Origin: Okamejei kenojei
Lineage: Eukaryota
Direction of reading: 5' to 3'
Length of the DNA: 64,000 nucleotides
NCBI GenBank assembly: GCA_035221665.1
Contig: CM069131.1
Coordinates: 133,424,001 to 133,488,000, forward strand
The notes beneath the pieces were generated by a model. That model did no database searches, was not told the origin of the DNA, and worked only from the letters and a program-made list of their open reading frames with translations. The position numbers were made by a program, and so were the translations under genes. The stretch's first letter is position 1, and each line of letters starts with the position of its first letter. Positions 27,081 to 39,285 of this stretch are shown here, in pieces.

Positions 27081-27194
27081 ATTCATAAATGTACCCGCCC
27101 AGATTCTGGTTCTAATATGAATTAAATATTCTTTGTTCTTTGCAAGGTTGTTGATTGTGCAATCAAAACTTTCACAGATGGTATTTTCACAATT
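27081..27194 (-). CDS. ITGA2: Integrin alpha-2 exon (27 equivalent)
   Basis: 114 nt: NCENTICESFDCTINNLAKNKEYLIHIRTRIWAGTFMN (TRIWxGTF conserved). Confidence 0.94.
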
Positions 27195-27804
27195 CTACAA
27201 GAACAAATAAATTTGTCCTAGTAAGGTTATGCAAAACTATTTTCATTCATGAATATTTTCTAATCCCTTATTAACCAGAAAAAAGATGATTTGTTTTGAA
27301 TAAACCAAGGGGATGTGGCCAATTGGTACTGATCTAACTTTACCACCCAGTGGCCACCTCCCATGGCCACAGGGCTTTGTTGTGGCTACACAGCTACTAA
27401 TGCACTGGTGGCATCATCAACGCCGCCTTTCCATGATTTGCATTGGTTCAAACAACACCAATCATGGGTGAAAAAAGTTGAAGAGAAAGAAATAAGAGAG
27501 ATTACATCTTATTTAGAATAATAGTTTAACAAGTTTATATTAAAATACTATACAAAGTGTTCACACCGGAGGGCTGGTCCCCCAACACAATATTCCACCT
27601 CTCCACCAATTCCAATATTGGTGGCCAGCGGGGGGCTTTCTGGAGTGCTAGTATGGGTACTGTGGGCTGAAGGGACCGGTTAGTATGGACATTGTGGGCC
27701 AAATGGATTCTTGGGGTGGCAGCTCAGTCACTCAAACCGGATGTACTGGCAGCTCACTAATGGCTGGTGGGCTAGCAGTTGACTCACGGCTATTACTTGA
27801 AATT

Positions 27805-28300
27805 CCATTTCAAGCAGGGTGCAAGGCAACCAAATTCAAATGCAGTTTCCTACCATTTCAAGCAGGGTGCTAGGCCACCAAATTCAAGTGCAGTTTCTTA
27901 CCACTTCAAGCAGGGTGCAAGGCCACCGAATTCAAGTGCAGTTTCCAACCACTTCAAGCAGGGTGCAAGGCCACCGAATTCAAGTGCAGTTTCCAACCAC
28001 TTCAAGCAGGGTGCAAGGCCACCGAATTCAAGTGCAGTTTCCGACCACTTCAAGCAGGGTGCAAGGCCACCGAATTTAAGTGCAGTTTCTTACCACTGCA
28101 AGCAGAGTGCAGGGCCACCAAACTCAAGTGTAGTTTCATGCCATTTTAAGCAGGGTGCAAGGCCACCAAATTCAAGTGCAGTTTCGTGCCACTTCTAGCA
28201 GGGTGCAAGGCCACCAAATTCAAGTGCAGTTTCATGCCATTTCATGCAGGGTGCAAGGCCACCACATTCAAATGCAGTTTCATACCATTTCAAGCAGGGT
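27805..28300. repeat. 48-bp minisatellite, about 10 copies
   Basis: CAAGCAGGGTGCAAGGCCACCGAATTCAAGTGCAGTTTCCAACCACTT with unit starts at 27811, 27859, 27907 ... 28291. Confidence 0.95.
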
Positions 28301-28689
28301 GAAACCACCATGAAACCACTATAAAACCACACAAAACACGACATAAACATCACATTCAGTGTGTTCAGTTGATTCACAGCTCAGACAGAGTCGTGACTTC
28401 TCTCGCCCATCTTGCAGAGACTGAGCCACACCCACACTTACGGGTTTTATAATCCTTCCCCCACAAACTGGAAGGGGCGTGGCCTTCATGGCGTGATTGC
28501 CAGGAGAGAGATTCTCAACATTTTTTAAAACACTAATAACACTTTTATTTTTCATTGATGGGAAGAATCACCTGATGAGTGGCGAGGAACTGAGTAAGAA
28601 TGCCAAAAATCACAGCCGTAAGTGGTATTTTTACATAGGTGTTTTATCTAAAATCAATATTCAGTGCAAACAGGAAGTTGTCACGTTTC

Positions 28690-29790
28690 CACAAACAACA
28701 GCCATTTTTTTTTGCCATGCAGCCTTTCAAAGCAGTTACAACCACCAACAACAACCATGTTTTTGCAGTGCAGCCTTCCAAAGCAGTTACCACCACCAAA
28801 AAACATCCTTTATTTCTGTTGCAGTGCAGCCTTTAAAGTAGTTAGCACCACCAACAGCCATTTTTTTTTTGTTGCAGTGCAGCCTTTCAAAGCAGTTACC
28901 ACCACAAACAACAGCCATTTTTCATTTGCAGTGCAGCCTTTCAAAGCAGTTACCACCAACAACAACAGGTTTTTTTTTTTGCAGTGCAGCCTTTCAAAGC
29001 AGTTACCACCACAAACAACCCTTTTTTTTGCAGTGCAGCCTTTCAAAGCAGTTACCACCACCAAAAACAGCCATTTTTTTTGCAGTGCAGTCTTTCAAAG
29101 CAGTTACCACCACCAACAACAGCCATTTTTTTTGCAGTGCAGCCTTTCAACGCAGTTACCACCAGCCATAATAGCCATTTTTTTTGCAGTGCAGCCTTTC
29201 AAAGCAGTTACCACCACAAACAACAGCCATTTTTCATTTGCAGTGCAGCCTTTCAAAGCAGTTACCACCAACAACAACAGGTTTTTTTTTTTGCAGTGCA
29301 GCCTTTCAAAGCAGTTACCACCACCAACACCAGCCATTTTGTTTGATGTGTAGCCTTCGAAAGCAGTTACCACCACCAACAGCCATTTGTTTTGCAGTGC
29401 AGACATTTAATAGCAGTTACCACGAACAACAATAGTAAATTTTTTTGCAGTGCAGTCTTTCAAAGCAGTTACCACCACCAACATCAGCCTTTTTTTTTGC
29501 AGTGCAGCCTTTCAAAGCAGTTACCACCACCAGCAACAGCCATTTTTCTTGCAGTGCAGCCTTTCAAAGCAGTTACCACCACCACCAAAAGCCTTTTTTT
29601 TTTGCAGTGCAGCCTTTCAAAAGCAGTTACCACCGCCATCAACAGCCATTTTGTTTGGTGCAGCCTTTCAAAGCTGTTACCACCACCCACAACAGCCATT
29701 TTTTTTTGCTGTCCAGCCTTTCAAAGTAATCACCACCAACAACAACAGCCATTTTATTTTGCAGTGCAGCATTTCAAAGCAACCATATTT
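28690..29790. repeat. 52-54-bp minisatellite, about 20 copies
   Basis: GCAGTGCAGCCTTTCAAAGCAGTTACCACCACCAACAACAGCCA(T)n units with a variable T run. Confidence 0.95.
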
Positions 29791-30480
29791 TCATTTTCAA
29801 ACCACAATAAGGACACTCGCAGTTGAATAGACATGTGTTCAGTGTTATTCAGAGCTCAGAGAAGTGTGACCCTCTCGCTTCCTCTATCTTGCAGAGACTG
29901 AGGCGCACCACTTCTGGGTTTTATAGTCCCTCCCCCCTCCCACCAGCAGGGGCAGCAGAGAAAATGATGAATTTTTAAAAAACATTAATATCTCTCTGAT
30001 TTTTCATCGATGGGAAAAGTCCTCCAGTCCAGTCCAGTCCGGCGGAGGGGGGCTCAGAGCGAGGTGGCCAAAAATGACAGCCGTAAGTGGAGGCGTTCTC
30101 TCGAAAATCACATCGCAGTGAGTCAAGAGCGGTCAAAATCTTACTTTTAGAAATATAGATAGAAAATTGTCATTACTTTCATACATAAATATAGAGTGAA
30201 ATAAAGGAAAATAGACAAATGACAATTACATTTATTTTTTCAGTGACACATGGCAACTCCACCTAAATAGATGGGTCAGCTCTGACTGGCATGAAGCTGG
30301 GGGGACAGATATGGCCTATTTGGCCCCTCAATTTAGCAACTTGTTGAATGCTCCTGGACTGCTTTGGCATGGAAGCTTTCTCCACAGAACTGCCGTAATC
30401 GTCAGTGCATTCCAGTATTTCTACATCTTGCCAAACATCAACTAAAGAATAGTAAGTTTAATAATAGGATGTCATCTTAC

Positions 30481-30591
30481 CAAATCTTTTACGCTCTGGA
30501 GGCTTTCCTTTATAAAAGTTGCAGAATAAGGCGAGTGTTTGATATTCAGTCTGTCGACTTGTTCTTTTAAATGACATATGAAGTTGCTTTC
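30481..30591 (-). CDS. ITGA2: Integrin alpha-2 exon (26 equivalent)
   Basis: 111 nt: ESNFICHLKEQVDRLNIKHSPYSATFIKESLQSVKDL; AG/GTAAG, phase 0-0. Confidence 0.87.
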
Positions 30592-31349
30592 CTGAAATTA
30601 TTTTAGAAACAGAAGATCTCTAAAATGAACGATCAAATAACAGTAACAATGTTTATTCACTATATGTTAGTCTCCAATGTGAAAGGTAAGTCGTAAAAAA
30701 TAAGTAAATAAATATGATATTTGGGGCCTATGGTTTAATTGTTATATTGTTCCAATAAATGTACAAAGTAGTTTGATCGTTTCTGATCAGACAGTTTTCT
30801 TGATTGCTAAATTTTCTTTAGCAGATAAGGTTAGCAATTCTTATTCCCAATACAAAGCAATGTCTGTCATCAGTACGTAAATTCACTCTGCTCCCAGCCA
30901 GCTACATCTCAAGGGATTCTCTATGAACAATCCTATTAATAACAGCAGATGAGTTATTTTAACCAGAAAAATAAGATAGATGACTACTGTCTTCATTTGT
31001 TGAACATTCCCCCAGGTTTGATGAGAAGAAGAATTATTGCATTATTGTGATGTGGCATGATCATTACACCCTAGCTAATACAAAAGATTTATGAGAGTGG
31101 GGTCATGGTACCATCGCAGAGGGACCCAAGTTGATTGGAAAACATTTACACAGATTTGCATATGTACATACTTGCAAACATGTAGACAAATGGACATACA
31201 TATATCTAGTCTGTATTCTCTTCCGTGGCCCTCCCTCACACGCCTCTATCCTGATCCATTCCCTCCTTTAGTGTCCACTTCCCCAACTACCTTCTCTTCC
31301 ATTTTTACACTTTTTTAACCTCACCCGGACAGTTCCCCCTTTACTGATT

Positions 31350-31544
31350 TATAGGAAGGAAATGCAGATGCTGATTTACACCAAAGATAGACACAAAATG
31401 CTGGAGTAACTCAGCGGGACAGGCAGCATATCTGGAGAACATGGACAGTCTGAAGAAGGGTTCTGACCCCAAACGTCACCTGCTCCTTTGCTCCCTCCAG
31501 AGATGCAGCCTGACCCGCTGAGTTACTCCAGCATTTTGTGTCCA
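31350..31544. mobile_element. Hairpin-shaped PLE-derived mini-element with 16-bp TSD
   Basis: Inverted arms about 31390-31437 / 31495-31542 with a degenerate hammerhead in the loop; TCCCCCTTTACTGATT / TCCCCTTTTACTCATT flanks. Confidence 0.75.
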
Positions 31545-32348
31545 TCCCCTTTTACTCATTCCTCTCCTTTCTTGTAAAAACATTGGGCCATATAAGAAAT
31601 AAATGTTATGAGTGACTGAAACTATAGGAAGATACATAATGTGTGCACAAACATTTATTCAATTGGTGAAGATGTGCAATAATTTATTTATTCAATTTTA
31701 CATATATCTAATCCACTGTGGACACAGCTGATTGGACGTAACCAGAAAATACATTTTCTCAATGGTAAGAGATGCTGGCGCAATTGGAGACTAAAGTCAC
31801 ACTTTGGCTCAGCTTTATTAGATCTTATTTGTGTAACGTTTGTTGTTCCCCATCACCAAATATCATCAAGATTGTGCTGGTTCCAGACTTCCTCCCCCCT
31901 ACCCCCAAGTAAAAAGTTTTATTGCATCTAATCTGTTAAATTCATTCAGAATTTTTCCACTGCGGTCACCTCTCAATTTTCTACATTTCAAAGCCTACTG
32001 GCCCATTTTGAACAATCTTTTTGTGTGAAATACCTTTGTTATCTCAGGAATCAATCTGATGAAGTTAGTTTTGACTCTAGATGATGTTGCAAAATAGAAA
32101 TTTTGTTTTGCCTCCTCAATATACATCTTTCTTAACTGCATTCTCACTGAGGTCAAAATATTGGTATTGTTAATTATATATTTTTTGTCAAAGTACACGG
32201 AATTTCATTAGCTGCAATCTGTAGTGACTATTTTCTTCGCTGCTTTCATCTACAATCAAGACTTAAATTGAAACTGCGCAGAAAGAATGTTAATACTGTT
32301 AGATAATATTATGGTACATGATACATGAGAATTATGAACATGACGTAC

Positions 32349-32459
32349 CGGAATTGTGTTTACTCCAGTGAGGTACAAAAGTTGACTGTTGTCTTTTGTG
32401 GTTACTGGTATTTTAACAGTAACAATGGCAGTCTGAACAGGAAAAAGTCCAGTATTGAT
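32349..32459 (-). CDS. ITGA2: Integrin alpha-2 exon (25 equivalent)
   Basis: 111 nt: INTGLFPVQTAIVTVKIPVTTKDNSQLLYLTGVNTIP (YLTGV conserved). Confidence 0.93.
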
Positions 32460-32774
32460 CTATAAAATAAAATGTTTGTGGATTAATTGTATTCTGAATT
32501 ATAATGCATCCATTCACATGTAACTTTTAAAATAGTATTGCTTCATTTCTTGGAATTTGCTAGAATTCATCAGATGTGGACAGACATTTCAATCCAAGCA
32601 GTATCCATAGGAACATCTTGGGGTGGGGGGGGGGGGGGGGGGGGGGGTTAAGGTTTACACTTATTGGGGTGGTTCAACTAATCCAGTTGGCACAGCACCA
32701 AAGTTATAGCAGCAGCATGAAGAACATATTTCAAATCATAATCTTAATCACTTAAATCTCAGCATAGATTCATC

Positions 32775-34670
32775 GAGTTGTACAACAGAAAGGGCTAAAA
32801 GGACAATACGGAGAGAAAAGATGAAGTACAAATGTAAGCTAGCCAATAATATAAAAGAGGATAGCAAGAGTTTCTACGTATATATAAAGAGTAAAAAAGA
32901 GGCAGAGTGTTCGTTGGGCTGTTGGAGAATGATGCAGGAGAAGTGATAACAGGAAATCAAGAAATGGTAGGGGAATTGAATAACATTTTTGCATTAGTCC
33001 TTACAGTGGAAAGCACCAGCAGTGTGCCTGCAATCCTAGAGAGTCTGGGGGTTGAAGTTAGTGGAATGACGATTACTAAGGAGAAGGTGCTAGGAAACCT
33101 GATAGGTCTGATGGTGTGTAAGACACCTGGACCGGATGGACTGCACCCAAGCGTTCGGATGGAGGTGGCCTCAGAGATTGTGGAGGCATTAGTTGTGATA
33201 CTTCAAGAATCATTAGAGTTAAGAGTAGTTCCTGAAGGTTGGAAAATTGTGAATATCACTCCGCTGTACAAGAAGGGAGCAGAGCAGAAGGGCGGAAACA
33301 ATAGGGCAGCTTCGGTGATTGGTAAGATTTTAGTCAATTATAAAGGATGAGGTACACAGTACTTGGAAGTTTGCGATAAAATAGGCCGGTCAGCATGGTT
33401 TTGTGAAGGGAAGATCTTGCCTGACGAATCTGGTGGAGTTCTTTGAGGAAGTTAATAGTAGGACAGACAATGGGGAGGTTGTAGATGTTGTATACCTAGA
33501 TGTTCAGAAGGCCTTCGATAAGGTGCCGCATGTCAGGCTGCTAGGGAAGATGAGAGCCCATGGTATTAAAGAGAAGTTACTAGCATGGATAGTGGGTTGG
33601 CTAAATGGCAGAAGGTGAAGAGTTGCAATAAAAGGTGCTTTGTCAGGTTGGCTGCCAGTGACTAGTGGAGTTCTGCAAGGGTCGGTGCTGGGGCCGCTTC
33701 TCTTCTCTTTATATAAGGGGATTGAAGGCTTTGTGGCCAAGTTTGCAGATGACGGTAAGATAGGTGGAGGGGCAGGTGGATTAGAGGAAGCAAGGAATCT
33801 GCAGAAGGAATTGGACAGGTTAGGAGAGTGGGCAGAGAAATGGCAGATGAAATTCAGTATAGCAAAGTGTGGAGTCATGCATTTTAGTAATATGAATAAA
33901 GGTGTAGATTATTTTATGAAAGGAGAGAGAATCCAGAAATCAGAGGTGCAAAGGGACAGGAGTTCTGAAGCAGGACTTCCAAAAAGTTAATTTTCAAGTC
34001 GAATAGTTGCAAGTCAGTAGTAAGGAAGGTAAATTCACTGCTAACATTTATATCAAGAGGACTGGAATACAAAATCAGATATGTAATGCTGAGGCTCTAT
34101 AAGGCACTGGTCAGGCCACATTTGGAGTAACTTTGAGCAAATTTGGGCCCCATCTCTGAGGATGTGCTGGCTCCGGAGAGGGCCCAGAGGAGGTTTACAA
34201 GAATGATTCCAGGAATGAATGGGTTTGCATATGATGAGCGTTTGACAGTAGTGGGCCTCCACTCGCTGGAGTTTAGAAGGTTGAGGGGGGACCTTATTGA
34301 ACCTTACAGAATAATGAAAGGCATAGATAGAGTGGATGTGGAAAAGATGTTTCTACTGGTGGGAGAGTCTAGGACCAGAGGTCATAGCCTCAGAATTAAA
34401 GGGCACTCTTTTAGAAAGGAGATGAGTGAGTTGGAACTTCTTTAGTCAGAGGGTAGTTCATCTGTGAAACTCAGAAGGGGAGCCTCCGCAGAAGGCTGTG
34501 GGGGCAAGTAAGGCAGAGATAGACAAATTCTTGATTAGAACAGGTGTCAAGGGTTATGGGTTATGGCAGGAAAATAGGATTAGGAGGCAGAGATCAGCAA
34601 TGATTGATTGGCGGAGCAGACTCGATGGGCCTAATGGGCTAATTCTACTCCTATAACTTGTGAACTTATG
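32775..34670 (+). mobile_element. Degenerate CR1 ORF2 fragment
   Basis: PGPDGLHP, RSCLTNL, YLD.QKAFDKVPH, QGSVLGP and FADD across frameshifts. Confidence 0.88.
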
Positions 34671-34801
34671 AACACAGAAACGGACCCTTTGGCAGCATTT
34701 TTGGTTTTCGTCAACTTTTTTTCTCATCTGCAGTGATCCCAATTGTCTTTAGTAGAACCATATCCTTCCATGCCTTGCCTATTTAAGTGTCTATCTGATT
34801 G

Positions 34802-36110
34802 TCAAAGTCAAAGTCAAAAGAGTTTATTGTCATGTGTCCCTGACAGGACAATGAAATTATTTCTTTGCATAGCACAACAGAACATAGTAGGGATGCTGCT
34901 GCACCCGCTGAGTTGCTCCAGCTTTTTGTGTAACCCTCGATTCTCCAGCATCTGCAGTTCCTTCTTTAACAGAACATAGTAGGCATTGTCTACAATTATA
35001 TACGTAAATACACACATTAATTAATTAATTAATAAAGTGCAAATAACAGATGGAGGGGTATTAATGTTCAGAGTTTTGTCCGAGCCAAGTTTAATAGCCT
35101 GATGGCTGTGGGGAAGTAGCTATTTCTGAACCGGGTCGTTGCAGTTCTCAGGCTCCTGTACTGTCTACCCGAAGGTAGCAGGGAGATGAGTGTGTGGCCA
35201 GGGTGGTGTGGGTCCTTGATGATGCTGCCAGCCTTTTTGAGGCAGCGACTGTGGTAGATCCCCTCGATGGAAGGAAGGTCAGAGCCGATGATGGACCGGG
35301 CAGTGTTTACTACTTTTTGTAGTCTTTTCCTCTCCAGGGCACTCAAGTTGCCGAACCAGGCCACGATGCAACTGGTCAGGAAGCTCACTACTGTGCACCT
35401 GTAGAAGTTAGAGAGCGTCTTCCTTGACAGACCGACTCTCTGTAATCTTCTCAGGAAGTAGAGGCGCTGATGAGCTTTATTAATAATTGCATCTGTGTTC
35501 TTGGATCAGGAAAGATCTTCACAGATGTGCACACCCAGGAATTTGAAGCTTTTGACCCTTTCAACCATCGACTCATTGATATTAACAGGACTGTGGGTCC
35601 CCATCCTACTCCTTCCAAAGTCAATAATCAGTTCCTTGGTTTTGCTGGTGTTGAGGGCCAGGTTATTGTGCTGGCACCATATGGACAGTCGCTCGATCTC
35701 TCTTCTATACTCTGACTCATCCCCATCAATGATACGTCCCACTACAGTGGTGTCGTCAGCGAACTTGATGATGGAGTTTGCACTATGACCGGCTACGCAG
35801 TCATGAGAATAGAGTGAGTACAGCAGGGGGCTGAGCACGCAGCCTTGATGTGCTCCCGTGCTGATTGTTATCAAGGCTGACACATTTCCACCAATACGAA
35901 CAGACTGTGGTCTGTGAATGAGGAAGTCGAGGATCCAATTGCAGAGGGATGTGCAGAGACCCAGTTCTGCGAGTTTGGTAATCAGCTTGGAGGGGATGAT
36001 TGTGTTAAATGCCGAGCTGTAGTCAATGAATAACAGCCTGACATATGAGTTTTTGTTGTCCAAGTGGTCCAGAGCGGAGTGGAGGGCCAGCGAGATCGCG
36101 TCCACGATTG
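34802..36110 (-). mobile_element. Rex1/Babar-type LINE, 5'-truncated
   Basis: [44 protein letters not shown]; (TTTGAC)n tail. Confidence 0.88.
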
Positions 36111-36523
36111 ACTTTTAGCATATCTTCTGCATGGTTCACTCAAAAGTACCGCGAATACCTATACAGTGCCTGAAGCACGTCATAGAGTGACACAGTGTGG
36201 AACCAGGCTCTTCTGCTTAACTTGTCCACACTGGCCAACATGACCCAGCTACACTAGTCCCACCTGCCAGCATTTGGTCCATTTCCCTCCAATCCTGTCC
36301 TATCCATGTACCTGACTAACTGCTTCTTAAATGTCAGAATAGTCCCTGTCTCAACTACCTCCTCAGACAGCTTGTTCCATACATCCACCACCCTTTGTAT
36401 GAAAAAGTTACCCCTCTGATTCCTATTAAATCTTTACCCCTTCACCTTAAACCTTTGTCCTCTGGTCCTCGATTCACCTACTGTGGGCAAAAGACTCTGT
36501 GCATCTTCCCGATCTATTCATGA

Positions 36524-37340
36524 TCAAGTTCACATTTACTTGTCACATGCACCAATTAATGTGCAGTGAAATTTGACTGACCATGCAGCCCTACAATCAA
36601 AAAGAACACAATACACAATAGGATACAACATGAACATTCACCACAGAGGAATCAACATTCTTCACTGTGATGGAAGGCAATAATGTTCAGTCAATCTCTT
36701 TGTTTGTTCACCGTGGCCGGGGCCATGAACCCTCCGTAGTCGCCGCTAGGGATGGTCTGATGTACAAGCCCGCTCGTCGGGATGTTCGAAACGCTAACGC
36801 CGGGACGGATCACACACACTTGGAGTTCCCGAATCGGCCACTTTCTTACCGGAGACCGCAGCTTCACGATGTTAGAGGCCACAGGCCGGCGGTCAGAGCA
36901 CTTCTTCTGGCGATCCCCGGCAAGGGAACCCAGGCTCCGCGATGGAAAGTCCACGCCGCGCCCGCGGTTAGAAGCTCCGCAGACTGCAGCTTTACAATGT
37001 TATAGTCCGCAGGCCGCCGGTCAGAGCACTTCTTCTGGCGATCCACGGCAAGGGATCGCCCCGCTCCACGATGTTAAAGTTCACGCCGTGCCTGCCATTG
37101 AAGCTCTGGGCCGGTCTCCGAGAAAGGCTGCACCAATCTAGTTGTCATGCCGCGAGGGGCAAAGATGCGACAAAGAGAAAAGTCGCATCTCCGTCGAGGT
37201 AAACTGAAAACGGTTTCCCCCTATTCCCCCTTCACCACCCCCCACACTAAAACAAACATTTAGACATACTAAAATACAAAAAAAAGTCGAAAGGACGAAC
37301 ACGCTGCTGGCGAGGCTGCCGCTCGTGGCTCCACCCGATG
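36524..37340 (-). mobile_element. Non-coding GC-rich retroposon (related partial copy at about 22190-22555)
   Basis: Shared sequence with 22190-22555; LINE-like 3' tail; internal direct repeat GGTCAGAGCACTTCTTCTGGCGATCC. Confidence 0.6.
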
Positions 37341-37524
37341 ACGGTTCCTCTCTTGATCTGACACACCTCTACGATCACACGTCATCCTGCACTCCAAGGA
37401 ATAGAGTCCCAGTCTACTCAACCTCTGCCTATAGCTCAGATCCTCTAGTCCTGGGAACACCCTCATAAATCTTATCTGTACCCTTTCCAGCTTGACAACA
37501 TCTTTCCTATAAAATATAAATGTC

Positions 37525-38525
37525 TGCCGAATCTTATAGATTTTTTCGAGAATGTAACTAGTAGAGTGGATAAGGGAGAACCTGTGGATGTGTTATATCT
37601 GGACTTTCAGAAGGCTTTTGGCAAGGTCCCACATAAGAGATTAGCATTAAAACTTAAAGCACATGGTATTGGGGGTTCAGTATTGATGTGGATAGAGAAC
37701 TGGCTGGCAGACAGGAAGCAAAGAGTAGGAGTAAACGGGTCATTTTCAGAATGGCAGGCAGTGACTAGTGGGGTACCGCAAGGATCACTGCTGGGACCCC
37801 AGCTATTTACAATATATATTAATGATCTGGATGAGGGAATTGAATGCAACATCTCCAAGTTTGCGGATGACACGAAGCTGGGGGGCAGTGTTAGCTGTGA
37901 TGAGGATGAGTACAAGAGCAGGGAGGTTCAACTGCAGTTGTACAGGGTCTTGATGAGGCCACACCTGGAGTATTGTGTACAGTTTTGTTCTCCTAATCTG
38001 AGGAAAGACATTCTTGCCATAGAGGGAGTACAGAGAAGGTTCACCAGACTGATTCCTGGGATGGCAGGACTTCCATATGAAGAAAGACTGGATAGACTTG
38101 GCTTGTACTCACTGGAATTTAGGCGATTGAAGGGGGATCTTATAGAGACGTACAAAATTCTTAAGGGGTTGGATAGGCTAGATGCAGGAAGATTGTTCCC
38201 GATGTTGGGGAACTCCAGAACAAGGGGTCACAGTTTAAGGATAAGGGGGAAGTCTTTTAGGACCGAGATGAGAAGATCATTTTTCACACAGAGAGTGGTG
38301 AGTTTGTGGAATTCTCTGCCACAGAAGGTAGTTGAGGCCAGTTCATTGGCTATATTTAAGAAGGAGTTAGATGTGGCCCTTGTGGCTAAAGGTATCAGGG
38401 GGTATGGGGAGAAGGCAGGTACGGGATACTGAGTTGGATGATCAGCCATGATCATATTGAATGGCGGTGCAGGCTCGAAAGGCCGAATGGCCTATGCTCT
38501 TATACCTATTTTCTATGATTCTAAC
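37525..38525 (+). mobile_element. CR1 fragment (second subfamily) with internal deletion
   Basis: 288-aa ORF with YLDFQKAF, QGSLLGP and FADD joined directly to YKSREV. Confidence 0.9.
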
Positions 38526-39285
38526 ATGGTGCCCAGAACTGAATACAATACCTTTTTGGTCACATCTTTAGAAACCTCAATCAGATTTGTGGGACACGAC
38601 CTCCCATGCACAAAACCATGCTACCTATCCATAATCAGCCCTTGTCCATATAAATGCCTGGAGATTTGTCTACCTTCATACACGATAGCACATTCAGCAC
38701 TGGCTGTTCTCAAGTTCCTGCATCAGTGATGTTGTATGACTACAGTATATCCTATCAACTGGATACACGGCAGCAATTTATCCAATTTAATTCACCTACG
38801 ACCTCTCCTGTATCTTCAGAACTGAACAATGACATAGGACCCACTCTCATGAAGCTACTTTCCCCTTGAGACTGCCCATCCTGATTTGAGCATATTCTTC
38901 ATTATTTGTGGCCAAACGATTGTTATGGGAAAGTGAAACAGGGAGGTACATTAGTGGTGGTGGAACAGAGATTGACATCACTGCCCCTTTTGTAGATGAT
39001 GAATAAAGATTGTCTGGATCACTGTGTAATTCTCGAGCAATGTTTACATCATCCTCAAACATATATTCAAATTCCCTCAAACCCCATGGCAAGAACACGA
39101 AGAATTAGAGTAGTTCAAGGGGATTGGTAATTTACTTAACAATAGGTAATAAATAAAGATTTAGGAGATGGCCAGTCTCCCAAAATAAAGACCAAACCGT
39201 GTTGACGAGAACTTATATATGATGGAAGGCCAATGGAGCTTTCAACAGGACTTAATTTTTTTTAACTCTTCTAAACTCGCCAATT

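Larger units (their letters stand above)
27548..30159 (-). mobile_element. Composite of two related Helitron-like elements carrying minisatellites
   Basis: Minus strand A|TCTATATTTCTAAAA start and CACTTTGTATAG|T end; a segment of about 270 bp is present twice (28354-28625, 29830-30090). Confidence 0.65.

Noticed and set aside
27779-29830. Repetitive ORFs (FKQGARPPNSSAVS, LQCSLSKQLPPP) or a CRISPR-like array
   Set aside because: Head-to-tail minisatellites with no unique spacers and no cas genes; open frames in several phases result from the repeat unit.
38690-39140. Coding-looking unique sequence (83-aa minus ORF)
   Set aside because: No splice context or recognisable domain. Plus-strand fragments (LKFLHQ, SLFVAKRLLW) look like a decayed L1/Tx1 C-terminus, too weak to call.
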